A stretch of DNA of 64,000 nt from an uncultured Verrucomicrobiae bacterium (GTDB lineage Bacteria > Verrucomicrobiota > Verrucomicrobiia > Chthoniobacterales > JAFAMB01): assembly GCA_963837955.1 (NCBI GenBank), contig CAWIPH010000002.1:704001-768000 (forward strand), given 5' to 3'. Position numbers and translations under genes: made by a program. Of this stretch, positions 29,082-40,600 are shown piece by piece (the stretch's first letter is position 1; each line of letters opens with the position of its first letter). Below the pieces are notes generated by a model. That model saw nothing but the letters and a program-made list of their open reading frames with translations. It was not told the DNA's origin and did not search any database.

Positions 29082-30401
29082 CTACCGTTCATCGGGTATC
29101 GGCTCCATAGATCGTCCCTCTCCCACGACCTCGCCGGCTACCCATATTTTCGTCGTTTCCAACCGTGATCCTCGGTAGATCAGCTGAGAAATCAATTCTT
29201 CAGGATTGCTTGGTAATTCCGACCCGTGCGGAAGTAGGTTCTCGGTATTCCAGAGGGCGCAATCAGCCTCGAAGCCTTTCCGGAGTTGGCCGATTTCCTT
29301 TTGTTTTCCCAGAACCGCGGCACCGCCGATAGTTGCGAGGTAAAATAGTTCCGACGGGGAGGAAATTTCGGCGTTTTTGACGTAGCAATAGCGAAGGTTC
29401 TGGCCATAGCTTGCCGCTTTCATTACTTCCCAGGGATTAAGCTCTGGTCCTGCGGCAACATCACTAGCTAAACCCACCGTGATCTGATATTTGCGCATTC
29501 GATCGTATGCCATCACGCCGCTTCGCAGAAAGAGATTGGAGCTTGGGCAGTGGGCGACCTTGGTCTCCGTTCTTGCCAGCAGGCGATATTCGCGACTCGA
29601 CAGATAAATCGCGTGTCCCATGATGGTGCGCGGACCGAGTAGTCCAACGCTTTCGTAGACGTGAGTGTAATCTTTCGAGGAAGGGAACAGGCTCTTTACG
29701 GCAACGAGTTCCTCACGATTCTCCGCAAGGTGAGTTTGGATGAAGGCGTCTGCCGCTCCGGCGAGCGTGGCAGTCTCACGTAGCAGTCTTTCGGAACAGG
29801 TTAACGCGAACCGGGGGCTGAAAGCATAGGCTAACCGCCCGCTATTAGTCTGATGCCATTTTTGGCAGAGTTTCGCGCTCTCATTCAATACACGTTGCGT
29901 TAGATTCTTGTGGGGTTTCGGCGCGTACGAATTCAGGTCCATCATCATTTGACCCATCGCGATTCTTAGTCTGCTTGCTTGGGCGGCCTGAAAGCAGATA
30001 TCGGTGCTTTTCGCATCAACGGTGGTGTAAACGGCTGCTGAGGTGATGCCGTGGCGCTTCAGCTCAGAGAAAAAAAGCGGGGCTTCGGCTTCCGCCTTTT
30101 TCGGATTAAAGGCCCGTTCACACGGAAAAATAAACTTCTTGAGCCAAGGCAGTAATTCGTGGCCGCCGCGAGCGACGACAGGGTACTGTGGCAGGTGGCA
30201 ATGAACGTCGATAAACCCCGGGGTAACTAATTTGCCTTGATAATGTTCCCATCGAATTTCCTCGTCCGAGGGCCGATCCTTCCAATTTCCGACAAAGACT
30301 ATCCGTCCTGACTCGTTCCAGGTCATGGCGCCGTCGGGGTAAGCCTTCAAGCGGCCCGAATCAGAGGAGGAGAGCAAGAAGGCGCGCAGACCAGTTAGCA
30401 T
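29082..30401 (-). CDS. guaD: Guanine deaminase
   Basis: PGFIDVHCHLPQ, SPRFA, QTHLAEN, HCPSSN and SDVAAG; start at ATG 30401. Confidence 0.88.
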   Translation of the reverse strand: MLTGLRAFLLSSSDSGRLKAYPDGAMTWNESGRIVFVGNWKDRPSDEEIRWEHYQGKLVTPGFIDVHCHLPQYPVVARGGHELLPWLKKFIFPCERAFNPKKAEAEAPLFFSELKRHGITSAAVYTTVDAKSTDICFQAAQASRLRIAMGQMMMDLNSYAPKPHKNLTQRVLNESAKLCQKWHQTNSGRLAYAFSPRFALTCSERLLRETATLAGAADAFIQTHLAENREELVAVKSLFPSSKDYTHVYESVGLLGPRTIMGHAIYLSSREYRLLARTETKVAHCPSSNLFLRSGVMAYDRMRKYQITVGLASDVAAGPELNPWEVMKAASYGQNLRYCYVKNAEISSPSELFYLATIGGAAVLGKQKEIGQLRKGFEADCALWNTENLLPHGSELPSNPEELISQLIYRGSRLETTKIWVAGEVVGEGRSMEPIPDER

Positions 30402-30410
30402 GGAAATGAC

Positions 30411-30460
30411 CAATAGCGGATAGCCAATAGCGAATTTGCGCTATCGGCGATCGGCTATTT
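30411..30460. repeat. Heptamer inverted repeat hairpin (CAATAGC / GCTATCG)
   Basis: Three heptamers, a short loop, then three reverse-complement-like heptamers, between the TonB receptor gene and guaD. Confidence 0.6.
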
Positions 30461-30520
30461 CGTTCGAGAACGAGGGCCACGACTACCAAGAGAACGTGCG
30501 CCCTCCTAATCAGATAGGAT

Positions 30521-33019
30521 CTAAAACTTGAACGTGACGGTCCCTTCAAGGTGGAATGGCCATTCGGCGACAACAGAATCATAGCCGTACGTCTTATTTG
30601 GCGGTCCCCAGAGCTTCTGATTCGTCAGATTTAACAGCGCCACCTTCGCTTCGAAGTTATCGCACTTCGTTTTGTAGAAGAAGGTCAGATCCTCTTCGTG
30701 TTGAGCCGGGATCCGCACGTAGCCATTGTAACCGAGAAACATGGTGCTGGTGACCGTCTCCCCGAAGATCACACCAAAGGTCCCGTAATCGGTTGGAATC
30801 TGGTATTTGGCTAACAGATTGACCGCATGGGCCGGCACACCGGGATCGCGGTAGATGCCATGGCCGAGGGTTGTGCCATTATCTGTTATTACAGTCCCGT
30901 TCGGACCTTTCTGCTGTGGAAAGTTGATCGGGAAAGGCTGAGCTACAAAACCAGGTGACCCGTGGAGGAACGAACTAATATAGCTGTATCCGGCGCTCAC
31001 ATAAAAATTACGACTTGGCTGATAATCGGCCTCAATTTCAAAGCCTTTCGCCGTATCTTTGATGAATCCTGCACCAATCGTTGGCTCGTTCCGATTCTGG
31101 TAGTAAAGAGCTGCATTAATAAACAGGGTATCCTGAAGGAGCGACGCTTTAGCTCCGAGTTCATACAGGTCGCTATGAATGTGTAACTCACTGGTAACTG
31201 GAATAGTCGCGTTTCCATTGCCATCTCCGGCCGGAAATCCGCCGCCGTTCCCAGCGGCATACGCCTGGCTGTAGTTGTAAGTAAAATAGGTGGTCAACCA
31301 TTTCCATGGCTTGAATACTGGGCTGACATTAAAGTTCGGATCAACGACCGTCGCGCGAGCACCGACCGGACCCGCCGGGTTGACGAAACCTGCCCGGGCG
31401 GCTTCGACGTAGAGCGGGTCGTTCACCTTGACAAAGATGATGTCTGCTCGCGCTCCCGCCAGCACCGAGAAATGTTCGCCAAATTCGAACACATGCTCGT
31501 AGAATGGCGCGATAGTGAATATCTTGGAGTAGTTGGTGTCGCTGTTAAAGACGCCGGGAGTCGCCGTCCATCCGGGGTGTCCAGGAACCGGCTGCGCCGT
31601 GAACGCACTAAAATTAACGTAATGAATAAGATTACGAGAAGCTGCCAAGTTCCAAGCGTTGAGCGGCTCATCGAAGTAATCGTCAAACGCGGTTACTTCC
31701 TGGTACTTGATGTCTATGCCCAGGTTGATCTTGTTACCGAGAACAAAAGGTTTCGCCGTTTCCGTGAGCGGAACCTTCCCGTCTTTACCATCCGGCTGAT
31801 AGCCCTTGGCAACGGTTCCTCCTGATCCGAAGGGTATATCCCAGTTAATGTGTAGCTCAGTTCGGTTCTCAGCCGAAAAGGAAAGGGGGATAATTTCGGA
31901 ATAAAAAGCGCTATCCTTAGTGTGTCGATCGATCCATTGAACAAAGGTGTTATTTACGATCTGTATGTTGTCATTGATCGTAAATGTCTGGATAGCCTGG
32001 CCGCGGAAGCTTCGGCCATAGGAGCTATCTCCCGGTGCGATCAATCGTATGCTGCGACTCAAGCCAACGGTACCCGCCGGAAGAACTAAGTTGCTGCCGC
32101 TCTTTACGACTTGCGGAAAAGGCGCGCCAAAAACCGGCGTACTTTGCAGCGACCCTATGACATTCCCGGCAAAATACTGTCCGTTATCGATGAGATTTTG
32201 AGTAGGCCGGTTAAATCCATTGTTCTCCGTGTAGGTAGCAAAAAAAAGGTCTGCGTTTAACTCTAGTTTGTATTTATCGCTAGGGATCCAGGTGAGAGCG
32301 GCGAATATCGAGTGGGCGTCGTAGACCTGGTTTTCGTAATAGCTGCCGGAATCTTCTCCGGAATAACTGATGCGAAACGCGAGCTTCTCAGGAATAATGG
32401 GACCGCCAACGTCGATATTCCATCGATATTGTTCGTACATGCCGACAGTCGCGCTTATCGCCGCCTGCAGTCGATCAAAGTACGGTTGTTTGGTGACAAA
32501 ATTGAAATACCCTCCGACGTAGTTGGAAGCACCGTAAACCACCCCGGGCGGTCCCTTGACGATGTCTACCGAATCGAAGGCATTGAAATCGATCGGCATC
32601 CCGTTTCCATTGCTGGTCAAGCCTTCGCGCATACCGTTGATAAACACGTCGGCGGTTTGTCCGCGGATGCTCGGATTCGATGGGGCGCCGAAGTTTGTTT
32701 GGGTAAAGCTGCTCGTGGTGAGCTTAGTAAAGTCGCGCACGCTCCTAACGCTGATATCATCTAGCTGAGCGCGAGAAATAATCGTGACGTTGCGAGGGAT
32801 ATCCATGACGTTCAAATCGAGTCCATATACCGCACTGGTCGGGCGGATTGTGGGGACGATCGCCTCGTTGATCGGAATCTGCGCACCGGTCACCACGATC
32901 TCCTGGAGAGTGCCTCCTGAGCTTGTGGTCGAGGTTTGGTCTTGGGCTTGAGTTAACTGACTCAGACCAAAAAATAGGATCAAGCTGGAGAGTGGAATCT
33001 CCGCCAATCGTTGGATCAT
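30521..33019 (-). CDS. TonB-dependent outer-membrane receptor (probable purine/nucleoside uptake)
   Basis: Signal peptide, TonB box EIVVTG, plug motifs (IRG, VDIVKGP, GGYFNFVTK) and C-terminal TFKF. Substrate is inferred from context. Confidence 0.88.
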   Translation of the reverse strand: MIQRLAEIPLSSLILFFGLSQLTQAQDQTSTTSSGGTLQEIVVTGAQIPINEAIVPTIRPTSAVYGLDLNVMDIPRNVTIISRAQLDDISVRSVRDFTKLTTSSFTQTNFGAPSNPSIRGQTADVFINGMREGLTSNGNGMPIDFNAFDSVDIVKGPPGVVYGASNYVGGYFNFVTKQPYFDRLQAAISATVGMYEQYRWNIDVGGPIIPEKLAFRISYSGEDSGSYYENQVYDAHSIFAALTWIPSDKYKLELNADLFFATYTENNGFNRPTQNLIDNGQYFAGNVIGSLQSTPVFGAPFPQVVKSGSNLVLPAGTVGLSRSIRLIAPGDSSYGRSFRGQAIQTFTINDNIQIVNNTFVQWIDRHTKDSAFYSEIIPLSFSAENRTELHINWDIPFGSGGTVAKGYQPDGKDGKVPLTETAKPFVLGNKINLGIDIKYQEVTAFDDYFDEPLNAWNLAASRNLIHYVNFSAFTAQPVPGHPGWTATPGVFNSDTNYSKIFTIAPFYEHVFEFGEHFSVLAGARADIIFVKVNDPLYVEAARAGFVNPAGPVGARATVVDPNFNVSPVFKPWKWLTTYFTYNYSQAYAAGNGGGFPAGDGNGNATIPVTSELHIHSDLYELGAKASLLQDTLFINAALYYQNRNEPTIGAGFIKDTAKGFEIEADYQPSRNFYVSAGYSYISSFLHGSPGFVAQPFPINFPQQKGPNGTVITDNGTTLGHGIYRDPGVPAHAVNLLAKYQIPTDYGTFGVIFGETVTSTMFLGYNGYVRIPAQHEEDLTFFYKTKCDNFEAKVALLNLTNQKLWGPPNKTYGYDSVVAEWPFHLEGTVTFKF

Positions 33020-33102
33020 GAATTGAGCTCCTTGTCTAATTTCTCTTAAGGTTTTGGCCGCTGGCTGCAACGCCTGCGGGGTAAAGGCAATCGAGGTCCC
33101 GG

Positions 33103-33118
33103 AGCACCGTTCATGCCA
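33103..33118 (-). promoter_or_regulatory. Sigma54-like promoter for the TonB receptor-guaD unit
   Basis: The minus strand reads TGGCATGAACGGTGCT, close to the consensus TGGCACG-N4-TTGCW. Confidence 0.65.
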
Positions 33119-33333
33119 GCTGCTTGCCTTTTATGCTCTGGTTTCCTTGGCTGATTGTTTTGGCCGGGCTATTGCTCATTTCGGCAAAGCGAAAGCCGTC
33201 TTACCGATGCGTAAATGGCTTGAGCCGTTGGCTTTTAGAGAAAGAATAACCAAAGCGACGAGCAATATTTTTCACAGAAATGCGCCGCGAATGCGTGAAT
33301 TCGAGCATTATTCGCTACCGCCATAGGCGGAGT

Positions 33334-33370
33334 GCACAAATTTCGACAGCCTTTGCCCTGAAATTTGTGC
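33334..33370. promoter_or_regulatory. Perfect 11-bp inverted repeat (possible activator site or terminator)
   Basis: GCACAAATTTC-N15-GAAATTTGTGC, about 220 bp upstream of the sigma54 motif and just downstream of the ABC permease. Confidence 0.4.
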
Positions 33371-33422
33371 GACGCGAATGAATCCGCGGGCGAGACCTAC
33401 CGTTGCCGCTTGGTGCAGAGCG

Positions 33423-34184
33423 TCAACGAGTTTTCTGCCGCCAGGGGATCAGCACCGATTCCAGCCAACGAGAAATTAGATAGGCTGCGGCAGACAGGAG
33501 CGCGATGATGACGTTAGCGGCCCAAAGCCGGTCGCCACGATGATCGTTCATTGCCTCGGTGAGGAGATATCCGAGCCCTTGCCGAGAAAAGAAGAACTCG
33601 GCAATGACTGCCGCGATGATGCTGCTCGTAAATGCGATTTCATGGGCGGCGACGTAGTAGGGTAGAGCATTCGGCCAGAGCACATACCGGAACCGTTGCC
33701 AGCGGGTCGCGTGCAGCGTCTGAAAACGGCCTAGAAGATTTGGATCAACCTCCTCAAAGCCTTTCATGAGGTTGGCAAGCAACGGGTGAAAACAGATCAG
33801 GATTACGACCAGGATTCGCGGTGTGGGCGAGTCACCGAAAGTAATTATCAAGAGGCTCGCGACCGAAACGATCGGAAGATTCTTTACGACGATTACCCAA
33901 GGAGTGGCCAACGATCGCAACCAACCCAGATAAAGAAAAGAGATAGCTAACAGGATCGCGATGACGTTGGCCAAAAGATAGCCAGCCAGCGCGGTTCCCA
34001 AGGTCACTGCAGCGTTATACAGGAGATCTGGCCATTCCTTGACCATGATCAGAACGACGACATGAGGCGGCGGTAGGACGATCGGCGGGAGCTGGCCAAT
34101 CCAGATCACACCGTACCAAATCGCAGCGGCCGAAGCCAAAAATAGGAGGACGGCCGTGCGCCTATTCATAGATGAGCCGTTCAA
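33423..34184 (-). CDS. ABC transporter permease (SsuC/TauC/NitT type)
   Basis: VLPPP, multiple TM helices, LWPNALPY and AEFF...GLG. Confidence 0.88.
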   Translation of the reverse strand: MNGSSMNRRTAVLLFLASAAAIWYGVIWIGQLPPIVLPPPHVVVLIMVKEWPDLLYNAAVTLGTALAGYLLANVIAILLAISFLYLGWLRSLATPWVIVVKNLPIVSVASLLIITFGDSPTPRILVVILICFHPLLANLMKGFEEVDPNLLGRFQTLHATRWQRFRYVLWPNALPYYVAAHEIAFTSSIIAAVIAEFFFSRQGLGYLLTEAMNDHRGDRLWAANVIIALLSAAAYLISRWLESVLIPWRQKTR

Positions 34185-34930
34185 ACCGCTGCCGCTCGAT
34201 GTAAAGCCTCCCGGGTTCGTTTTACCAAGCCCAGATAGCTGTCCGACTGTCGGACCTCAAAATCTCGAAGAGTAGGCAAATCGACTCGAATGGTATCGGC
34301 GATGGTAGCGGGACGCTGAGACATCACGATGATTCGATCCGACAAAGTGACGGCTTCTTCAACGCTATGAGTGACCAGGATTGCCGTCCTGCGCGCTTCT
34401 CGGAGTACGCCGGCGAGCCAATCTACTAACCGTTCCCGGGTAAGTTCGTCGAGAGCTCCGAATGGCTCATCCAGCAGCAGAAGCGAAGGTTGATGCACCA
34501 GCGCGCAGGCGATATTCACTCGTTGCTGCATTCCGCCGGAGAGCTGATGGGGAAACTGGTTTAGCGCCTGATCCAGACCGAAGTGACATAGTAACTCTGA
34601 AGGTTCAAGCGCCCTTTCCGGTCCCGTAATTTTAACTGTGAGCTGGACGTTTTGCAGGGCAGTTCGTGATGGGACCAGGGCGGGCCGCTGAAATGCTACG
34701 CCGATTTCGTGAGCGGCGCAGGCTGCGGCTGGAAGTTTGCCGAAAATCTTGATGGTCCCCGAAGTCGGCTCGTCCAATCCTGCACACAGGCGGAGCAAAG
34801 TTGTTTTTCCGCAACCAGACGAACCTATTAAGGAGACAAACTCTCCCTCATGCATAGTCAGGTCGAACGGAGCGATGATCTGCTGTTGCCCGAACGATTT
34901 ACTAACTGAAGTCGCTTCTACTGCCGGCAT
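34181..34930 (-). CDS. ABC transporter ATP-binding protein (SsuB/TauB type)
   Basis: GSSGCGKTT, LSGGMQQR, LLLDEPFGALD and VTHS. Confidence 0.93.
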   Translation of the reverse strand: MPAVEATSVSKSFGQQQIIAPFDLTMHEGEFVSLIGSSGCGKTTLLRLCAGLDEPTSGTIKIFGKLPAAACAAHEIGVAFQRPALVPSRTALQNVQLTVKITGPERALEPSELLCHFGLDQALNQFPHQLSGGMQQRVNIACALVHQPSLLLLDEPFGALDELTRERLVDWLAGVLREARRTAILVTHSVEEAVTLSDRIIVMSQRPATIADTIRVDLPTLRDFEVRQSDSYLGLVKRTREALHRAAAV

Positions 34931-34940
34931 ACTGTTCCGG

Positions 34941-36035
34941 CTATTCCGGGATAATCACGCCATACTCAATCATCAGAGCAGCTGAATTGTTCCAAACATC
35001 ACCGGCCATCCAGAGAGGTGGTTGCCCGTCGTGTCCGAGCACAAGATCTCGCTCGAGTTGGAACCTGCGAAGCACCAAGTCTCGATTCAATGTGGCATCT
35101 TTGCCGTAGCGGACGGTGATATCGGCTGTTTCCTCCGGATGATCTAAGTAAAACTGGATCGCTTGCGACAGAGCGTAAACGTATCGCGTGACTAAGCCGG
35201 GGTTTTGTTCGGCCAGCGCTTTCTTAACGACCGAAACATCGCAATGTTCGTTCCACCCCAAATCCTTGAACCGAAGCCCGGTCCAATTCTTGTGGCCATC
35301 CTGCTCTAGAAATCGCGGTTGATTCTGGACCCAGGCAGCATAGAAATCGACCGCTCCACTGACCAGCGGATCGGCAGTAAATCCGGCACGCATCAATTTC
35401 ACCTTATCAGACGGCAAATGATACTTTTGGAAAAGGAACCGCGCGTATATCTCGCCATCCGCTTGAATGCCAACCGTCTTGCCCACGACGTCCTCGGGTT
35501 TGAGTTGAAGCGCCGAGGGCTGATCGCTGGGAACTGATTTATCCAGCGCGATCCAGTCGTACGGACTGTCCTTCAGTAATGTACAAATAGCGGTGACCTT
35601 TGCGCCGGTCGGGCTGGCGATCAACGAGACGACAAAATCACCCCCTGCACTCACTGCAACTTCGAGCGACCCGGCAGCGAGCAAAGTCAGCTGATCCTTT
35701 CCCGGACCTCCAGGCACGAGCTCTGCATCGATGCCCATATCCCGGAAATATCCCTTTTCGACCGCGACATACCACAATGCCGATTCATCATTCAGTATCC
35801 AAGGCATCCCAATTCGGACCTTGTCGGCGGAAGCCGGTACGCTTGGCCGTTCCGCAGCCGCCTTCTTTAAGAACTCGTTGGAAAAATAGGATTCTGCCGG
35901 GATTTTTTGCCGAACTTTGGCCAGAGCATCCTCGTAGGAAAGATTGGCTTGTTGTTTCTGGGAGTCACAGCTGCTCAACCAACCCGCGCCCAGTATGCAG
36001 AGAAAGGAAAGATAACACCGCCAAGGAAGTCGCAT
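34941..36035 (-). CDS. NMT1/THI5-family ABC substrate-binding lipoprotein
   Basis: Lipobox-like LSSC, YVAVEKGYFRDMGID and PGGPG motifs. Confidence 0.82.
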   Translation of the reverse strand: MRLPWRCYLSFLCILGAGWLSSCDSQKQQANLSYEDALAKVRQKIPAESYFSNEFLKKAAAERPSVPASADKVRIGMPWILNDESALWYVAVEKGYFRDMGIDAELVPGGPGKDQLTLLAAGSLEVAVSAGGDFVVSLIASPTGAKVTAICTLLKDSPYDWIALDKSVPSDQPSALQLKPEDVVGKTVGIQADGEIYARFLFQKYHLPSDKVKLMRAGFTADPLVSGAVDFYAAWVQNQPRFLEQDGHKNWTGLRFKDLGWNEHCDVSVVKKALAEQNPGLVTRYVYALSQAIQFYLDHPEETADITVRYGKDATLNRDLVLRRFQLERDLVLGHDGQPPLWMAGDVWNNSAALMIEYGVIIPE

Positions 36036-36068
36036 GTAAGGAGTAGTCAGAAAATGTGTTGGATGTTT

Positions 36069-36084
36069 AGCAGCATTTGTACCG
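36069..36084 (-). promoter_or_regulatory. Sigma54-like promoter for the ABC operon
   Basis: The minus strand reads CGGTACAAATGCTGCT (GG-N10-GC), about 35 bp before the start codon. Confidence 0.45.
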
Positions 36085-36285
36085 CCGGATGAATAATAAA
36101 GTATTCTTTCTCGTCATTCGATCCTGATTCTGAGGGTTGCACCTGCGCAACGAAGTGTTCGCCTTCGACGGTAGTCAAAAGCAACGCGACGAATTATCGA
36201 CTGCGCCATCGCCCGATTCGAAGGTGAAAATCAGATGCACAAACAAAGATCTGGAATACAAGTCGCTCTTTCCAGGGCTCTGACC

Positions 36286-37530
36286 ATGCTGATAGAAATA
36301 GATTTAGAACGGATTCAGTCCGAGATTGACGAACTGGCCAAAATTTCCGAAGCCCCTCCGCCGGTAGTGACCCGAGTACTTTTCTCAACAGCCGACCGGC
36401 AAGCCCGTGCGTTTATCCGGGAGCGCTGTTCGGATCTGGGTCTGGCTCTTCGGGAAGATGCAGTTGGTAACGTTTTCGCTCGCTGGGAGGGTGCAGATCC
36501 CGATCTGCCGGCCGTTGCGACGGGATCGCACATCGACGCGATTCCAAATGCCGGAAAGTATGATGGCGTGGTTGGAGTTCTTGGCGCTCTTGGAGCGATT
36601 CGTGGATTGAAGCGGGCGGGCTTCGCGCCCAAACGTTCAATCGAGCTTGTGATTTTCACTGCGGAGGAACCGACCCGATTTGGCATCGGCTGTTTAGGCA
36701 GCCGATTACTTGGCGGCGTCTTGTCCCCGGAACAGGCTCTCCAGCTGACGGACGCTAATGGCATGCAGTTGGCTGATTGGTTGAAGGAGGTTTACGGTGA
36801 ACCCGGCGATCTTCACTCCGTTCGGTTAGTTCCTAACTTTTATTCCGCGTTTATAGAGTTGCATATTGAGCAAGGACCACTTCTCGAGCGGCAGCGAATC
36901 GATTTGGGTGTCGTAGAACAGATTGCTGCTCCCGCTACGCTCCGCGTGGATTTGAGTGGCGAAGGGGGGCATGCCGGCGCGGTGCTTATGCCAGACCGGC
37001 ACGATGCGTTGTTGGCGGGAGCAGAAATCGCCTTAGCGGTCGAAAGCGCAGCAAAGGAAAGTGAGAGCCCGGACACGGTCGGAACCACGGGTGTATTTCG
37101 GGTTGAACCGGGTGCGGTTAATAGCGTGCCGTACCGTGCCTTGCTCGAGATCGATCTGCGCGACACCAGGCTTTCGACCAGAGATATAGCGCTGCAGCGG
37201 ATTCGCGAAAACATTGCGGCGATAGTTCATCGTCGGGGCGTGGAAGCACACTTAGTTGTCATCAACCAGGATTCTCCGGCTGTCTGTGATGCGTCTCTCG
37301 TACAGGCGGCACTGCACACAGCGGCACGTCTTGGTTTATCCGCCCGCCGCATAGTCAGTCGAGCCTATCATGACTCGCTCTTTATGGCACAGATCTGTCC
37401 GATGACGATGCTATTCATTCCGTGCCGCAACGGAATCAGTCATCGTCCGGACGAGTACGCGTCCCCCGAAGCTGTTTACAAAGGTACGTTGGCGTTAGCT
37501 CATCTATTAGAGCGCCTTGCCGATGGTTAA
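36286..37530 (+). CDS. M20 amidohydrolase, probable ureidoglycolate amidohydrolase (plant UAH-like)
   Basis: GSHIDAIP, FTAEEPTRFG, ELHIEQG and SRAYHDSLFMA; these differ from AllC-type GSHLDT/SGAGHD and match UAH-type motifs. Confidence 0.75.
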   Translation: MLIEIDLERIQSEIDELAKISEAPPPVVTRVLFSTADRQARAFIRERCSDLGLALREDAVGNVFARWEGADPDLPAVATGSHIDAIPNAGKYDGVVGVLGALGAIRGLKRAGFAPKRSIELVIFTAEEPTRFGIGCLGSRLLGGVLSPEQALQLTDANGMQLADWLKEVYGEPGDLHSVRLVPNFYSAFIELHIEQGPLLERQRIDLGVVEQIAAPATLRVDLSGEGGHAGAVLMPDRHDALLAGAEIALAVESAAKESESPDTVGTTGVFRVEPGAVNSVPYRALLEIDLRDTRLSTRDIALQRIRENIAAIVHRRGVEAHLVVINQDSPAVCDASLVQAALHTAARLGLSARRIVSRAYHDSLFMAQICPMTMLFIPCRNGISHRPDEYASPEAVYKGTLALAHLLERLADG

Positions 37531-37622
37531 CGTACAAAATCATTTACGAAAAAGGCTCCATGCGCATTTTTTACGGGTAATTGATTTGCGCCAGATTCCG
37601 AGTCCACTCAATAGTAACTTCT

Positions 37623-40600
37623 GTGCATCAGATTTCTCGTGAGGTAGCGACCTCCTTTTCGTTTGAGCTAAACGGAAAGCTGCGAACCGTCCAAGGCCTT
37701 GCTACCAATCTTACTCTCCTGCAGTATTTGCGGAACGAGGGCTTGGTCGGATCCAAGGAAGGCTGCGCAGAAGGGGATTGCGGTGCCTGTTCAGTAGTTG
37801 TCCTTGAGTTTTTGCCCGATGGAAAATCGGTTTATCGCGCGATTAATAGTTGTCTGATTCCGTTGCCTTCGCTCGCTGGACGCAAGGTTGTTACGGTAGA
37901 AGGCCTGTCATCAGAGAAAGGGGATCTTCACCCGGTGCAGCGCGTCTTAGTCGACCGGCACGGTTCCCAATGCGGCTATTGCACGCCCGGGTTTGTAATG
38001 TCCCTATTCGAGGCTTATCACCGCTGTGATCTACGCTCCGCATGGCAGATCGACGATCAGCTTTGCGGTAATCTTTGCCGCTGCACCGGTTACCGTCCGA
38101 TTCGTGAGGCAGCGCTGGCCGTACTCACTTCAAGGGATCAACCATCCGCTCACATTTCCATAGAGTGTGACCGAGAACGATCGAAATCCGCGATCGAGTA
38201 CGAATGCGAGAACCACTTATTTTTCCGACCAACCGATCTAAGAGCACTGCTCGAAAAAGTTAAAGAATTTCCTGAAGCGACCCTCTTGGCCGGCGGAACC
38301 GAACTCGGGTTGGCCATTACGAAGCGTTTTCAATCTTTTCCGGTGCTGATTTCTATCGAAGCGGTTCCCGAACTGCGCGCGATTGGCTGCAATGAGACTG
38401 AATGGCAAATTGGCGCCGCGGTCACGCTGACGGATGTATGGGACCACTTGGGTGCCGAGTTCCCGCCTTTGGCGGAAATGCTTCGCTGGTTTGGCTCTCG
38501 CCAAATTCGGAACCGAGCGACGTTAGGAGGCAACTTAGTGACCGCCTCGCCCATCGGCGATTCCGCTCCCGTATTCCTCAGTCTGGACGCTGAAATAGTC
38601 ATCGCCTCTCTCGAAGGCCAGCGTCGTTTACCACTATCCGAGTTTTTTGTTAGTTATCGAAAAACCGCTCTTCGTGAGGGCGAGATTGTTCAAGAGATCA
38701 TTTTGCCGCGTTCGCGCCCGGTTTCGGTCGAGAATAGAGCCTGGTGTCAATTTTATAAAGTATCTCGTCGACGGGAGATGGACATCAGCACGGTGGCAAG
38801 TTGTTTTCGGATCGAGTTGGATTCAGCAAAGCGAGTCAACCTCGCTCGCATTGCCTACGGTGGAGTTGCGCTAACACCGGTCCGCGCCAAGAAGGTCGAG
38901 GAAGCGGTCCTCGGAAAACTCTGGAATGACGAAACAGTACGGATGGTTCTGCCATTACTTCAGTCTTCCTTCGACCCGATTTCCGATGTGCGGGGCAGTG
39001 CCGAATATCGGCGTTCGCTCGTGTCAGAGCTCTTTCTGAAATTCTTTGAAGAAACCCAATCCGGATTCCAATTGCTGAAGACGAATGAAGAGTTGGTGTG
39101 GCACGCCGATGGCGGCGAACTCTCTCCCCCGCATGAGAGCGCCCATAAGCATGTGTCAGGCCGGGCGCTTTACGTTGACGACGAGATTCCTTTGCGCGAG
39201 CACCTGGAGGTCTGGCCGGTTTGTGCGCCGCACGCCCACGCAAAGATTCTGCGACGAGATGCTTCGCGAGCTCGGTTGATGCCCGGAGTGAAAGCCGTTT
39301 TGCTGGCAGAAGATATTCCTGGATTGAACGATGTTGGTACCGTTCGACATGATGAGCCGCTTCTAGCGGCCGATGAAGTCTTATATCACGGCCAGCTGGT
39401 AGCCTTGATCGTAGGCGAAAGTGAGGATTGGTGTAGGCGGGCGGCTGAGGCGCTACAAATAGAGTACATGCCGTTACCTGCAATTTTGTCCATCGCTGAT
39501 GCGATTGAGGCGAACTCGTATCATACCGAACCCAACTATATTTGGCGCGGCGATGTTAATCGGGCGATGAGGGAGGCGCCCTTGTGGTTAGAAGGCTCTT
39601 TCTTTATCGGCGGCCAAGACCATTTCTATCTGGAAACCCAGGTTGCTTACGCGAAGCCAGGCGAAGACGGATCGGTGTTTGTTCAGTCATCGACCCAGCA
39701 CCCGTCCGAGATTCAACATATCGTCGGCCACGTTTTAGGTGTTCCTTCAAATCATGTCGTGGTCGAAGCGCCTCGAATGGGTGGTGGATTTGGAGGCAAG
39801 GAAACGCAAGGCGCTATCAATGCAGGGTTAGCGGCGTTGGCCGCATTCCACACGGGTCAACCTGTTCGGGTTCGTTGGAACCGTGATCAAGACATGATGA
39901 TCACTGGAAAGCGCCACCCCTTCCTGGCCAACTTCGAGGTGGGATTCAATCCCCGGGGCGAGATTCTTGCGATTCGAGTGGGCATGGTTTCCGACGGTGG
40001 ATGGTCGCTCGATCTCTCGACCGCGGTCACCGATCGATCGCTATTTCATTTAGACAATGCCTATTACCTGCCAAATGTGGAGTTTTCCGGACAGGTAGCG
40101 AAAACACATGTCGCTTCGAATACCGCATTTCGCGGCTTTGGTGGACCGCAGGGGATGCTGGTGATCGAGGAGATCATCGACAGGATAGCGCGGCGACTTG
40201 GACTGCGACCAGAGGTGGTGCGTGAGCGAAACCTGTACCACGGAAGCGGCGAGACTAACACCACGCCTTATGGACAGGATGTCGGGGATAACCGAATTCA
40301 ACGGGTCTGGCGGGAGCTGATTGCTTCGAGCGAATTCGCGTCCCGTCAAAGAGATATCGATGCGTGGAACCAGCGGCAATCTTCGCGGAAGCGCGGTTTG
40401 GCGATTACCCCGGTGAAGTTTGGGATATCGTTCACCGCTACCCAGTTCAATCAGGCGGGCGCACTTGTTCTAATCTACCAGGACGGAAGCGTGCAGGTAA
40501 ATCATGGCGGGACGGAAATGGGGCAAGGAATTCACACGAACATTCAGACCATTGCTGCTCGGGAACTCGGTCTCACGGCCGATCGAATCCGCGTGATGTC

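Noticed and set aside
33020..33140. Xanthine (NMT1) or purine riboswitch upstream of the TonB receptor
   Set aside because: Only a 7-bp stem (AAGGCAA/TTGCCTT) and partial resemblance; the stem spans the sigma54-like motif, so half of it would not be transcribed.
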